A stretch of 32,000 bases of DNA from Caldivirga maquilingensis IC-167 (lineage in GTDB: Archaea; Thermoproteota; Thermoprotei; Thermoproteales; Thermocladiaceae), in NCBI RefSeq assembly GCF_000018305.1, contig NC_009954.1, forward strand, positions 1,020,001 through 1,052,000, read 5' to 3'. The notes under the pieces are model-generated. The model worked only from the letters and a program-made list of their open reading frames with translations, was not told the origin of the DNA and did not search any database. Position 1 is the first letter of the stretch. Each line of letters begins with the position of its first letter. A program made the position numbers and the translations under genes. This document shows positions 18,802 to 27,709 of this stretch, in pieces.

Positions 18802-19536
18802 ATGAAGGAGGTTGACCCTTCACTGGTGCATTACGTACTATACCCATCTACTGTCCCTATAATAGCTGCTAAGTCCGGCAATGATGCTGATGCAATGCCT
18901 GCCGTTTGGACAACCACTGTTTCATTAAAGCCCCCATTAATCATGACGGCGATAGCCCCTGAGAGATATACGTATAAGTTGATTAGGGAGAGTGGGTACT
19001 TCACTGTTAATCTCATGGACTTTAGCAAAGTCAGTGCGTTAGCATTTATTGGTGATGTATCAGCAAGGTTTATTGGTAATAAACTTGAGCTTGCAGGCAT
19101 TAAGTTGATTCCAGCCCGTAAGGTGCCTAGTGTAATTATTGATGGTGCATCTGCAGTAGTAGAGTGTAGGGTGAGTAGGGTGATTGATGTAGGTGGTGAT
19201 CACGACATATTCATAGGTAAGGTGATTAACGTAATGGTTAATGATGACTTCACTGATGGTGGTTGGAGGCTTGAGGATTACAGGCCCATACTCTACGTGG
19301 GCAGAACCCATAGACCTAGCCCCGTTATGAGAAGGTTCACAACTGTTGGTCAAGTCATTAATGTGGAGTATGCGAAGGGAATGCGGAATCCAGTTGAGGA
19401 GAGGAGGAGGGCTCAGGAATTAGCTAAGGAGATTATTAAGGAGTATGCGGGTAAACTAGGTAAAGACCCTAGGAATGCGACATACATTCTCCTAGACACC
19501 ATAAGAAACATGCTTTCAGATAATTGGGAAGTATAG
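18802..19536 (+). CDS. Flavin reductase-like FMN-binding split-barrel domain protein with a charged C-terminal extension
   Basis: PVWTTTVSLKPPLIMTAI, FTVNL and GGDHDIFIGKV are typical of PF01613-type proteins. Confidence 0.75.
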   Translation: MKEVDPSLVHYVLYPSTVPIIAAKSGNDADAMPAVWTTTVSLKPPLIMTAIAPERYTYKLIRESGYFTVNLMDFSKVSALAFIGDVSARFIGNKLELAGIKLIPARKVPSVIIDGASAVVECRVSRVIDVGGDHDIFIGKVINVMVNDDFTDGGWRLEDYRPILYVGRTHRPSPVMRRFTTVGQVINVEYAKGMRNPVEERRRAQELAKEIIKEYAGKLGKDPRNATYILLDTIRNMLSDNWEV

Positions 19537-19577
19537 GTGAATATAAATAAAGGATAATCATTATCAATACCGTTTGC

Positions 19578-20693
19578 TCAACTAATCGGTCTCCAGACTA
19601 GTCCGAGTTCATCAGCATATTGATAGGCCTCCCCCATTTCCCTCTTTGAGACTAATCTGTTCATCTCCATGTATTTAGATGATGAGACTAAGTAATCGGG
19701 ATGATACTGATCCATTATATTAACGAGAGCCCTCTTGCAATTCTCCGCTATCCATCGGAGCACGGGCTTCGTGCAACAGTTGACGTGGCTTGGGAGCACT
19801 AGGTGACGTATAATGATATCCTCCCCTCTTTTACATATTACTGAGAGATTCCTCGTGGTCACATCCCAGTAACGGGGAGCCACAGAATACCTCAGGGCAC
19901 AGGCATTGTTTCCATATTTGAAGTCTGGGAGCCATATATCCATGACGTGTAGTATCAAGCTTAAGCTCTCTGGTGTTAGATACATGTTGGAGTTCCAAAG
20001 CTGGGGTACATTAATTCTTCGCTTAGCGAGAATCTTCAACGACTCTAAGATGAATGGGATGCTGGGGGTTGGTTCACCACCAACCCAGTTAATGTTACGT
20101 GCCCCATCTTCCCTCAACTTAGCTTGGATAGCGGCTAATTCCCCTGGCGTGACCTCAACACCATTCTCAGGTCTCTGCGATATATCCCAGTTCTGACAGT
20201 AAACGCAGCGGAAGTTGCAGCCAGTGAAAAACACTGTGCCAGAGGGCACTAGTGGTGCCTCCTCCCCCATGTGGTGGAAGAAGCTTGCCACACGGGCCTT
20301 GGCGTTTAGGAGGCAGGCTCCACGCTTGATGGTTCTATCCACACCACACCTCCTCTCACATAGCATACAATGCCTCAACTGTCTTCTAGCCAGCTCTATC
20401 TTGACGTCGAGGAAGGAGGCTTGAGGCAGGTCCTTCCACACCAGTGAGGTATCCGGTCGCTCCCTCTGCTGCATCCACTCCTCATCGAAGGTATGCCCAA
20501 GCTCATCATGAATCCTCCACAGCTCCGCGTCATCCATGGATACGTAATCATTAGGGGCCTCTATCCTAGCCGCTATGTGAAACTTCGCCGGTGCTAAGTC
20601 ACGCATAACTGCGTAATACCAGTTTAGCCTCTCCCGCACTGCCTGTTCTCTCCATATTGTTACTGCATCGGGCCTGTAGGAGGCCCAAGCCAC
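19578..20693 (-). CDS. Radical SAM protein, PflX/COG1313-like (pyruvate formate-lyase activase homologue)
   Basis: CNFRCVYCQNW radical-SAM cluster motif, upstream CMLCERRCGVDR...GAC cysteine motif, and C-terminal HLVLPSHVNCCTKPVLRWIAE...NIMDQYHP. GTG start. Noticeably GC-richer than the neighbouring genes. Confidence 0.85.
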   Translation of the reverse strand: MAWASYRPDAVTIWREQAVRERLNWYYAVMRDLAPAKFHIAARIEAPNDYVSMDDAELWRIHDELGHTFDEEWMQQRERPDTSLVWKDLPQASFLDVKIELARRQLRHCMLCERRCGVDRTIKRGACLLNAKARVASFFHHMGEEAPLVPSGTVFFTGCNFRCVYCQNWDISQRPENGVEVTPGELAAIQAKLREDGARNINWVGGEPTPSIPFILESLKILAKRRINVPQLWNSNMYLTPESLSLILHVMDIWLPDFKYGNNACALRYSVAPRYWDVTTRNLSVICKRGEDIIIRHLVLPSHVNCCTKPVLRWIAENCKRALVNIMDQYHPDYLVSSSKYMEMNRLVSKREMGEAYQYADELGLVWRPIS

Positions 20694-21016
20694 AGGTAAT
20701 TTTAGTAACTTATTAATTTAAATATTAATTTAAGCAACTTACCTGGAGAACATATATAGGGTGAGGCTGCATTAGGTTGATATAATGAGGGGGTATGCAT
20801 AATGATTAACTGCATTAGAGTCTTCGTTCACTGTGTCGAACTTCAATGTATGCGTAAAGGCATTATTCATCATGGTTGCTTAAGTACATGCCCTTCTTTA
20901 GCCTGGCCATGAGTAATGTCTCCTCCTTCATGCCCCTTAATTAAACCATAGGGAATTCTTCAGTTCTTTACTTCAGTAATGACTTTACCCTGCTAGGATT
21001 TACCTGAATGATAAGC

Positions 21017-21058
21017 TCTTATATGATATTGAGGCCGGTTGTTCTTATATGGTATTGA
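21017..21058. repeat. Two 16-nt direct repeats TCTTATATG(A/G)TATTGA with 26-nt periodicity
   Basis: 21017-21032 and 21043-21058 match at 15 of 16 positions. They lie just beyond the 3' end of tRNA-Lys. Confidence 0.8.
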
Positions 21059-21086
21059 ATTACGAATTGATTTTCATAAATAACAG

Positions 21087-21161
21087 CGGGCCCGGTGGGA
21101 TTCGAACCCACGACCTACGGGTTAAAAGCCCGCCGCTCTAACCTGGCTGAGCTACGGGCCC
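21087..21161 (-). tRNA. tRNA-Lys (anticodon UUU), intron-less, CCA not encoded
   Basis: Reverse complement: GGGCCCG UA GCUC AGCCAGGUUA GAGC G GCGGG CUUUUAA CCCGU AGGUC GUGGG UUCGAAU CCCAC CGGGCCC G. All four stems pair. 75 nt. Confidence 0.95.
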
Positions 21162-21186
21162 TTGATTAGGCTCGGGGTTTAAGTAT

Positions 21187-21194
21187 CTTATAAG
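21187..21194 (-). promoter_or_regulatory. TATA box for tRNA-Lys
   Basis: On the minus strand CTTATAAG lies 26-33 nt upstream of the tRNA 5' end. Confidence 0.5.
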
Positions 21195-21257
21195 TTTATC
21201 TCAATGCTGGTTATCATTAATGCATTTGCCATGAATCACGGTGATCATCCACGTTTA

Positions 21258-22211
21258 TTAACTGTGCGATGGATAATATGCTATGCCTTTAGTATAGTTT
21301 CTCAGCACGCTTACCATTAATGGATTTTGATCTATACCGAATCCGCAGCAGTCATTCCAAACCCATATACCTATGTACACCGGCTTTAACCCGCTCACTT
21401 GGTTTAAGACCTCTGCTAAATATACTGCCGGTGCAGTGCAATTCCAGTTAATGGGGATGCCTGGATTAGCTTGTGAGGCACTATACCAGGCGTTGGCGTC
21501 ACATACCCTGAACCCAATTTCACCAATAATTAGCTTGAATCCAGCATCCTTAATGGTTTTAATGTTATTCATGAGGGATGGATTAACGATTATTGAGTAT
21601 TTAGCGACATGAACATAAGAGTATATGTCATATCCCAGTATCGTTATATTAGCCTCCTTAGCGAAGTTAATCATTAACACTGGGTCCACGCAGCAGTCGT
21701 AGTAGTAGAATTGAGCCTCGGGTAATTGAGCCTCAAGCCACCTATATGTTTGGGCAAGCGTATTGAAGCATTGCTTATTATACAGGCATCCCCATTGTTC
21801 ACTGAAACCAACGTAGAGCCCCTTACCGCTTGGGTCAATGGTCTTCAGGTAATTCACTATGTATGTTAAGTCACTGTAATTGAAGTAAACTGGGTTATTT
21901 AATCCTCCCCTATAAGTCCAATATGTTGGGTATAGTGCAATGAATACTTGATGATTAACACCAAGGTAATACTTAACTAACGCCAGTGAGTTATTAAGAG
22001 TCTCAAGACACATTACATTACCACTGCAGTAGTAAACAGTAACAATGCCGGCTAAGGCCCATTTAGGTATGGTTGTGTTAGGTATCCACGGTTCAATCCA
22101 AATGAAGATCCTGCCTCTTGCTAGTTGAGTATGCTTAACGTTGATCATTATGAGGGAGACTGATGCAATAATGATTACTACAATAATTAATATGAGGTAC
22201 TTGATCCTCAT
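21258..22211 (-). CDS. Membrane-anchored extracellular protein, Cys- and Asn-sequon-rich, possibly a TIM-barrel glycosidase-like fold
   Basis: N-terminal TM/signal anchor (LILIIVVIIIASVSLIMI), 10 Cys, and several N-x-S/T sequons. GFSEQWG and IIGEIGF resemble GH clan-A acid/base and nucleophile contexts, but only weakly. Confidence 0.55.
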   Translation of the reverse strand: MRIKYLILIIVVIIIASVSLIMINVKHTQLARGRIFIWIEPWIPNTTIPKWALAGIVTVYYCSGNVMCLETLNNSLALVKYYLGVNHQVFIALYPTYWTYRGGLNNPVYFNYSDLTYIVNYLKTIDPSGKGLYVGFSEQWGCLYNKQCFNTLAQTYRWLEAQLPEAQFYYYDCCVDPVLMINFAKEANITILGYDIYSYVHVAKYSIIVNPSLMNNIKTIKDAGFKLIIGEIGFRVCDANAWYSASQANPGIPINWNCTAPAVYLAEVLNQVSGLKPVYIGIWVWNDCCGFGIDQNPLMVSVLRNYTKGIAYYPSHS

Positions 22212-22310
22212 ACCTTCAATGCAACTTAGTGAGTTTTAAGGTTTACCCTCAATATTTATATTTCCATTAACTCCCCAGGTATACACTTAATTAAGGTTAG
22301 GCTGCTGCAT

Positions 22311-23345
22311 CTACTTAATGTTCATTGATTTAATTATTATTAATTCATCACCTGGTTTAATAATTAGTTCATCACTTGGGCTTATTAACACCTCATTATT
22401 TCTGAGAACACCAATGAGTATTCCCGACTCATCTTCCCTCACCCTAATGAGGGCATCCTTGAAACTCAACCCAGTGTACTTGCTTGAGTTAATAACTAAG
22501 ATTTCACTGTTACCTCTAAGTAGCCTCATTATTGCCTTTAATGATCCCCTATAAATGATTTCATTCGCCATAGCTATTGTTGTTAATGACCCCACGGCTA
22601 TTGCTTCATCGGCTCCAGCCTTAAGTACATACTCCGCATTACCCTCATTGAGGAGCTCAGCCACTATGTAGAGGCTTGGGTTAATGCTCCTAGCCACCAC
22701 AACCTCCATAAGTGTCCTAGCATCCGCTGAAGCAGAATCCCCCTGGGGTAGGATTATTAGTGATGATGCCTTATCAACATTAGCCCTAATTAAAGTATCC
22801 TTAAGCGTTGGGTTACCCTTAATGAATTCAACATCCTTAGGTAAGTTAGGTGGTTTTTCAAATTCACTTACGTAAACTATATCAATGAATTTACCTGACT
22901 CATCCATTAATTTAATCAAAGCCTTAATTAAGTTGATAGCCCTCTCAGGCTCACCCAGAATAACCACATGATTACCCTTACTGCTTGACTTCATACCACC
23001 CATCTTCTCCATAGCCCTCTCAGTTAATAAGGTGGCTATTGATGCTGTTAATATGCTTATTACCGCTATACCAATTGGCATTATAACCATATCCAAAACC
23101 CTACCCACAGTGGTTTGAGGAACAATATCCCCGTAACCCACGGTGGTTATAGTCTCCATGACGAACCAAATGGCATCGAAAAAGTTCCTAATACCAGGGT
23201 TATGACCATGCTCAACCAGATAAATGCCTAATGCACCTATGAACAACACAGCCATAAACATTAATATTACGTAAACTACTAGGCTTCTCAACACTCTCCT
23301 AATCCTCCTCATTAGCCTATACACATTCAATTGTATAATAGGCAT
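22311..23345 (-). CDS. Two-TM potassium channel with cytoplasmic RCK (TrkA-N/TrkA-C) domains, MthK-like
   Basis: Selectivity filter TTVGYGD between two TM helices, followed by the RCK Rossmann-like HVVILGEPERAINLIKAL and a C-terminal TrkA-C-like segment. Confidence 0.9.
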   Translation of the reverse strand: MPIIQLNVYRLMRRIRRVLRSLVVYVILMFMAVLFIGALGIYLVEHGHNPGIRNFFDAIWFVMETITTVGYGDIVPQTTVGRVLDMVIMPIGIAVISILTASIATLLTERAMEKMGGMKSSSKGNHVVILGEPERAINLIKALIKLMDESGKFIDIVYVSEFEKPPNLPKDVEFIKGNPTLKDTLIRANVDKASSLIILPQGDSASADARTLMEVVVARSINPSLYIVAELLNEGNAEYVLKAGADEAIAVGSLTTIAMANEIIYRGSLKAIMRLLRGNSEILVINSSKYTGLSFKDALIRVREDESGILIGVLRNNEVLISPSDELIIKPGDELIIIKSMNIK

Positions 23346-23469
23346 ACTAAACCCATAGTAGCATCCCCTCTAATAATGCTTAATTAGCGTTACCATTATA
23401 GAAACTTAACCTAACATTAAGCATCCTAGTATGAACCGGTGGTTTAGGTGACGGGAGAAGGAAAAGTGA

Positions 23470-23527
23470 TGCGGCCGCCGGGATTTGAACCCGGGATCTG
23501 CGGCGTTCCACGCGGGCGGTGCGTCAA
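23470..23527 (-). tRNA. Orphan tRNA 3' half (positions about 38-73, Gly-like) preceded by a GC-rich leader; candidate split-tRNA fragment
   Basis: The minus strand reads (leader) GCACCGCCCGCG UGGAAC, then GCCGC AGAUC CCGGG UUCAAAU CCCGG CGGCCGC A, then UCACUUUUCC. No GCGGCCG 5' acceptor strand or D-arm occurs within about 250 nt upstream or 120 nt downstream. Confidence 0.7.
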
Positions 23528-23546
23528 GGGTACTGCCTTATAGGCC

Positions 23547-23553
23547 TTTTAAA
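23547..23553 (-). promoter_or_regulatory. TATA box dedicated to the tRNA 3'-half transcript
   Basis: On the minus strand TTTAAAA is centred about 25 nt upstream of the start of the GC-rich leader. Confidence 0.55.
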
Positions 23554-23721
23554 CATTTCGTTAAGTACCCATAAACCTTTACCGCCTGCACTTTATTTCA
23601 CAATAATGTTATTCAAGCGTTCCTTAGACTTCACTAAATTAGCCACAAACTTAATGAATATTACAAAGTGAAGCATTAAATTAGTTTAAGAACGGTTTAT
23701 TACTAAGGTTTACCTTCATTG

Positions 23722-25065
<1,344 letters not shown>

Positions 25066-25144
25066 TTAAGTGTAAACCCAGGATTCACAGCCTGGAATGA
25101 CCAGTGGGTGAGGATTTTTAAAGAGGCTTAATTGATTCAGTGAA

Positions 25145-26320
25145 GTGCATGTTAGTAGTGAGGATGAGAGGCTACTAAAGGAGGGTGGGTACTTGGCTAA
25201 GGCCCTGGAGACCGTTATTAAGGTTGGTGAGGCTGTTAAGGCTGATAGGCTGCTTGACGTTGACACAGTGCACGTTAGTGGTGTTAGCTACTTAACTATT
25301 GGTGACGCTGGCTTAGAGTTCCTTAGGGATATTTCAAGTAGTGGAGCCAGGTTCAGAGTCTTCACAACAGTTAACCCTGCTGGGGTTGAGTACGGTAACC
25401 TGAATCTACCTGTTAATGAGGCCTTTATTAGGAGGCAAATGGAGATTATTGATTACTTGAGAAGAATGGGTGCTAGCCTTTGGTTAACCTGCACCCCATA
25501 TGAATTCATTAGGCCTCAACCCGGTTCAATACATGCATGGGGTGAATCCAATGCTATAGCCTACATTAACTCAGTTAATGACGCCTACACTGAGAAGCTT
25601 CCTGGGCCATTCACCATAATGATTGCCATAGCAGGTAAGGTACCTAGGTTTGGGCTCTACGTTGAGGAGAATAGGGTACCTAAGGTTATTGTTAAGGTTA
25701 ATGCAAGGCTCACCCCAGTTAAGGCTGGGTTACTTGGAAGGATTACTGCAGGTAAGTTGAAGGGTGAAGTACCGTTTATTGATTACGATAATTGGGATAA
25801 GCAGTTACTTAAGTCATTCCTAGCCAGCTACGCAACCTACTCCCCAACCCCACTGGCCGTGATTAAGGGTATTAACCCTAATTGGCGTAGGTACTTAAGC
25901 ATGGTTGATAAACCCGATTCAATAACCATTGATGATGCTGAGTTAAGGTATGAACAGCCCATTGAATACGATGCATTATTCATAGGATGCCCCCACGCAA
26001 GCCTAGAGGAGGTAATGAGCATTGTTAAGGTTCTTGAGAAGCATGGTTACAGGAGGTTGGCGAAACCCCTCATAGTGTCAACCTCAAGGTTCATTAAAAG
26101 CACCCTAAGCCCTGAATTAATTAATAAGCTTAAGGAGGCTAACGTATACTTAATCACCGATACCTGCCCCATGGTGTCACCTATACTTCAGGGGTTAGGT
26201 ATTAGGAGTGTGGCAACGCCGTCGTCTAAGGCTATATTTTACCTACCTAGGCTGGTGAATGTTAACGCCATGCCATGCAGTATTGAGGATTGTTTAGAAA
26301 GTGAATTAAGCAACCACTGA
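25145..26320 (+). CDS. Aconitase-X (DUF521) large-subunit-like hydro-lyase, a candidate phosphomevalonate dehydratase large subunit
   Basis: 391 aa with GTG start. The N-terminal ...EDERLLKEGG...AKALE.VIKVGEAVKADRLLDVDTVHVSG pattern and overall length match DUF521/AcnX as I remember the family. Confidence 0.65.
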   Translation: MHVSSEDERLLKEGGYLAKALETVIKVGEAVKADRLLDVDTVHVSGVSYLTIGDAGLEFLRDISSSGARFRVFTTVNPAGVEYGNLNLPVNEAFIRRQMEIIDYLRRMGASLWLTCTPYEFIRPQPGSIHAWGESNAIAYINSVNDAYTEKLPGPFTIMIAIAGKVPRFGLYVEENRVPKVIVKVNARLTPVKAGLLGRITAGKLKGEVPFIDYDNWDKQLLKSFLASYATYSPTPLAVIKGINPNWRRYLSMVDKPDSITIDDAELRYEQPIEYDALFIGCPHASLEEVMSIVKVLEKHGYRRLAKPLIVSTSRFIKSTLSPELINKLKEANVYLITDTCPMVSPILQGLGIRSVATPSSKAIFYLPRLVNVNAMPCSIEDCLESELSNH

Positions 26321-26370
26321 TACCTTATTTTTACATATAAGTCTTTTAAAAAAGCAGTGAGTACAGGGTC

Positions 26371-26646
26371 GTGGTACTACTTAGGTACAGGTGCCCCTAC
26401 TGTGGGGGTAGGTTAGTAATGTTTAGTGAGGGTGATGCAATAGTGGTTGGATGCAGTGAATGCGGCATATATGTGATTGTTGATGCTGAGGAGGCTATTA
26501 ATGAGGTTAGGACTGATAACGTGGGTAAACCCATGGAGAAGGCTTTAGCTAGGAAACTATATAAGAAGTATCTAATGTACTCCGTTAAGGCCATGGCTAG
26601 GAGGGAGAACGCTAAAAGTATTAATAATTCCCCAAAGGATAGGTGA
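26371..26646 (+). CDS. Small zinc-ribbon protein
   Basis: 91 aa with CPYC...(17)...CSEC (four Cys in two knuckles) and a basic C-terminal tail. TATA CTTTTAAAAAAG lies about 20-25 nt upstream of the GTG start. Confidence 0.5.
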   Translation: MVLLRYRCPYCGGRLVMFSEGDAIVVGCSECGIYVIVDAEEAINEVRTDNVGKPMEKALARKLYKKYLMYSVKAMARRENAKSINNSPKDR

Positions 26647-26649
26647 CCA

Positions 26650-27114
26650 GTGGTGGAGATTAACGCCAGTGAGGATTATGCTAAGAAAATGAGGGCATTT
26701 CTACTTGAGCTTTCCAATAGGTTAGGCGTTAGCTTAAACTGGGTTATTGACGTGTACTACTGGCTTTCAGACAACATTAAGTCGAGGGAGTTTCAATTGG
26801 AGCATGAAACCGATAAGCCAACTAGGGCTGAGATAATAAGGGTTTTCGATAATGGTGAGGAGGTTATTGGAGTTAGGTTAAGGTTCTCCTCAGACAGTAG
26901 GAGGAATGAATACTACTACACCACGGTGGGTAGGTATGGGGCTAAGTGCACTTGTGAACGCAATATGATTAATGGTAAAGTATGCAAGCACATAGTGGCT
27001 GGTTTAATATTAATGAACGTGATTAACGTTTTAAAATACAGTAGGGTGATTAATTTAAGTAACTATGAATGGCTTAATGAGGGAAGTAAAGGAAGCCTAC
27101 GAGAGGATAGCTGA
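26650..27114 (+). CDS. SWIM zinc-finger domain protein
   Basis: 154 aa with the CxC-x(n)-CxH signature AKCTCERNMINGKVCKHIVAG. It starts 4 nt after the preceding stop. Confidence 0.6.
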   Translation: MVEINASEDYAKKMRAFLLELSNRLGVSLNWVIDVYYWLSDNIKSREFQLEHETDKPTRAEIIRVFDNGEEVIGVRLRFSSDSRRNEYYYTTVGRYGAKCTCERNMINGKVCKHIVAGLILMNVINVLKYSRVINLSNYEWLNEGSKGSLREDS

Positions 27115-27691
27115 GGTTTATGGGGAATCAAGGAGGAGTCCATGGGTCTCAGTTTTCAATAAGTTACCTGTTAGGCAATATGGGGTGGTTATTGATGTTG
27201 GCTGCGGAAATAGTTCCAACACACGTTATGCAGTCTCAGTGATTCAGCATAGACTCTACGTGGCCTGCGACGTGGCATATAACATGGTTAAGAACCTCCA
27301 TGATGAGTTAGGGGGTGAAGTCGAGTACATTAACTGTGACGCCAGGCTACTGCCCCTTAGATCCTCGTCAGTAGACCTTTACATAACCATAGCCATGCTT
27401 CACCACTTAAGCAGAAGTGATAGGGATTCAGCGTATGCCGAGGCTAGGAGGGTATTGAAGAATGGTGGAGTATTCCTGGCTACAGTATGGGGTTGCGGTA
27501 ATGCCGACTGTGATAAGGTTATTAAGTGGTCATGGGGCCTTAAGGAACCTGTCAACAGGTACTACCACTTATTCACTAAGGGTGAATTGGATAGCGAGGT
27601 GTCGGTTAACTTAAGGATTATGCTTACGGATGAAGTACACATTGGGCGTAGGGTTAATTACCTAGTCTTAGCTGTGAGGGAAAATACCTAG
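27065..27691 (+). CDS. Class I SAM-dependent methyltransferase, Trm9/ALKBH8-MTase-like N-terminal pattern
   Basis: AYERIAEVYGESRRSPW...VIDVGCGNSSN (compare the Trm9 pattern Y..IA..FS.TR...W...DxGCGNGKY), with post-I and post-II motifs DARLLPL and GGVFLATVW. It overlaps the SWIM gene by 38-50 nt. Confidence 0.7.
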   Translation: MNGLMREVKEAYERIAEVYGESRRSPWVSVFNKLPVRQYGVVIDVGCGNSSNTRYAVSVIQHRLYVACDVAYNMVKNLHDELGGEVEYINCDARLLPLRSSSVDLYITIAMLHHLSRSDRDSAYAEARRVLKNGGVFLATVWGCGNADCDKVIKWSWGLKEPVNRYYHLFTKGELDSEVSVNLRIMLTDEVHIGRRVNYLVLAVRENT

Positions 27692-27709
27692 TTGCTTAAT
27701 TATTCCCCA

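Noticed and set aside
18625-18829. 13-nt direct repeat CCTTCACTGGTGC in the intergenic region and again at the 5' end of the flavin-reductase gene
   Set aside because: Flanking sequence shows no further similarity. A few 13-mer repeats are expected by chance in a window this size, and there is no supporting structure.
22345-22375. Two minus-strand GUGAUGA C-box-like motifs spaced 24 nt apart
   Set aside because: No CUGA D or D' boxes follow at 12 nt. The motifs simply encode a duplicated peptide (SDELIIKPGDELIII) at the C-terminus of the K+ channel.
19537-23555. Reading the block between the radical-SAM gene, tRNA-Lys and the tRNA 3' half as an integrated element with tRNA-derived att sites
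   Set aside because: There is no integrase or other viral or plasmid gene. The tRNA fragment is not a copy of the tRNA-Lys 3' end, since the T-arm and acceptor differ. It also has its own TATA box and GC-rich leader, which fits a split-tRNA transcript better than an att scar.
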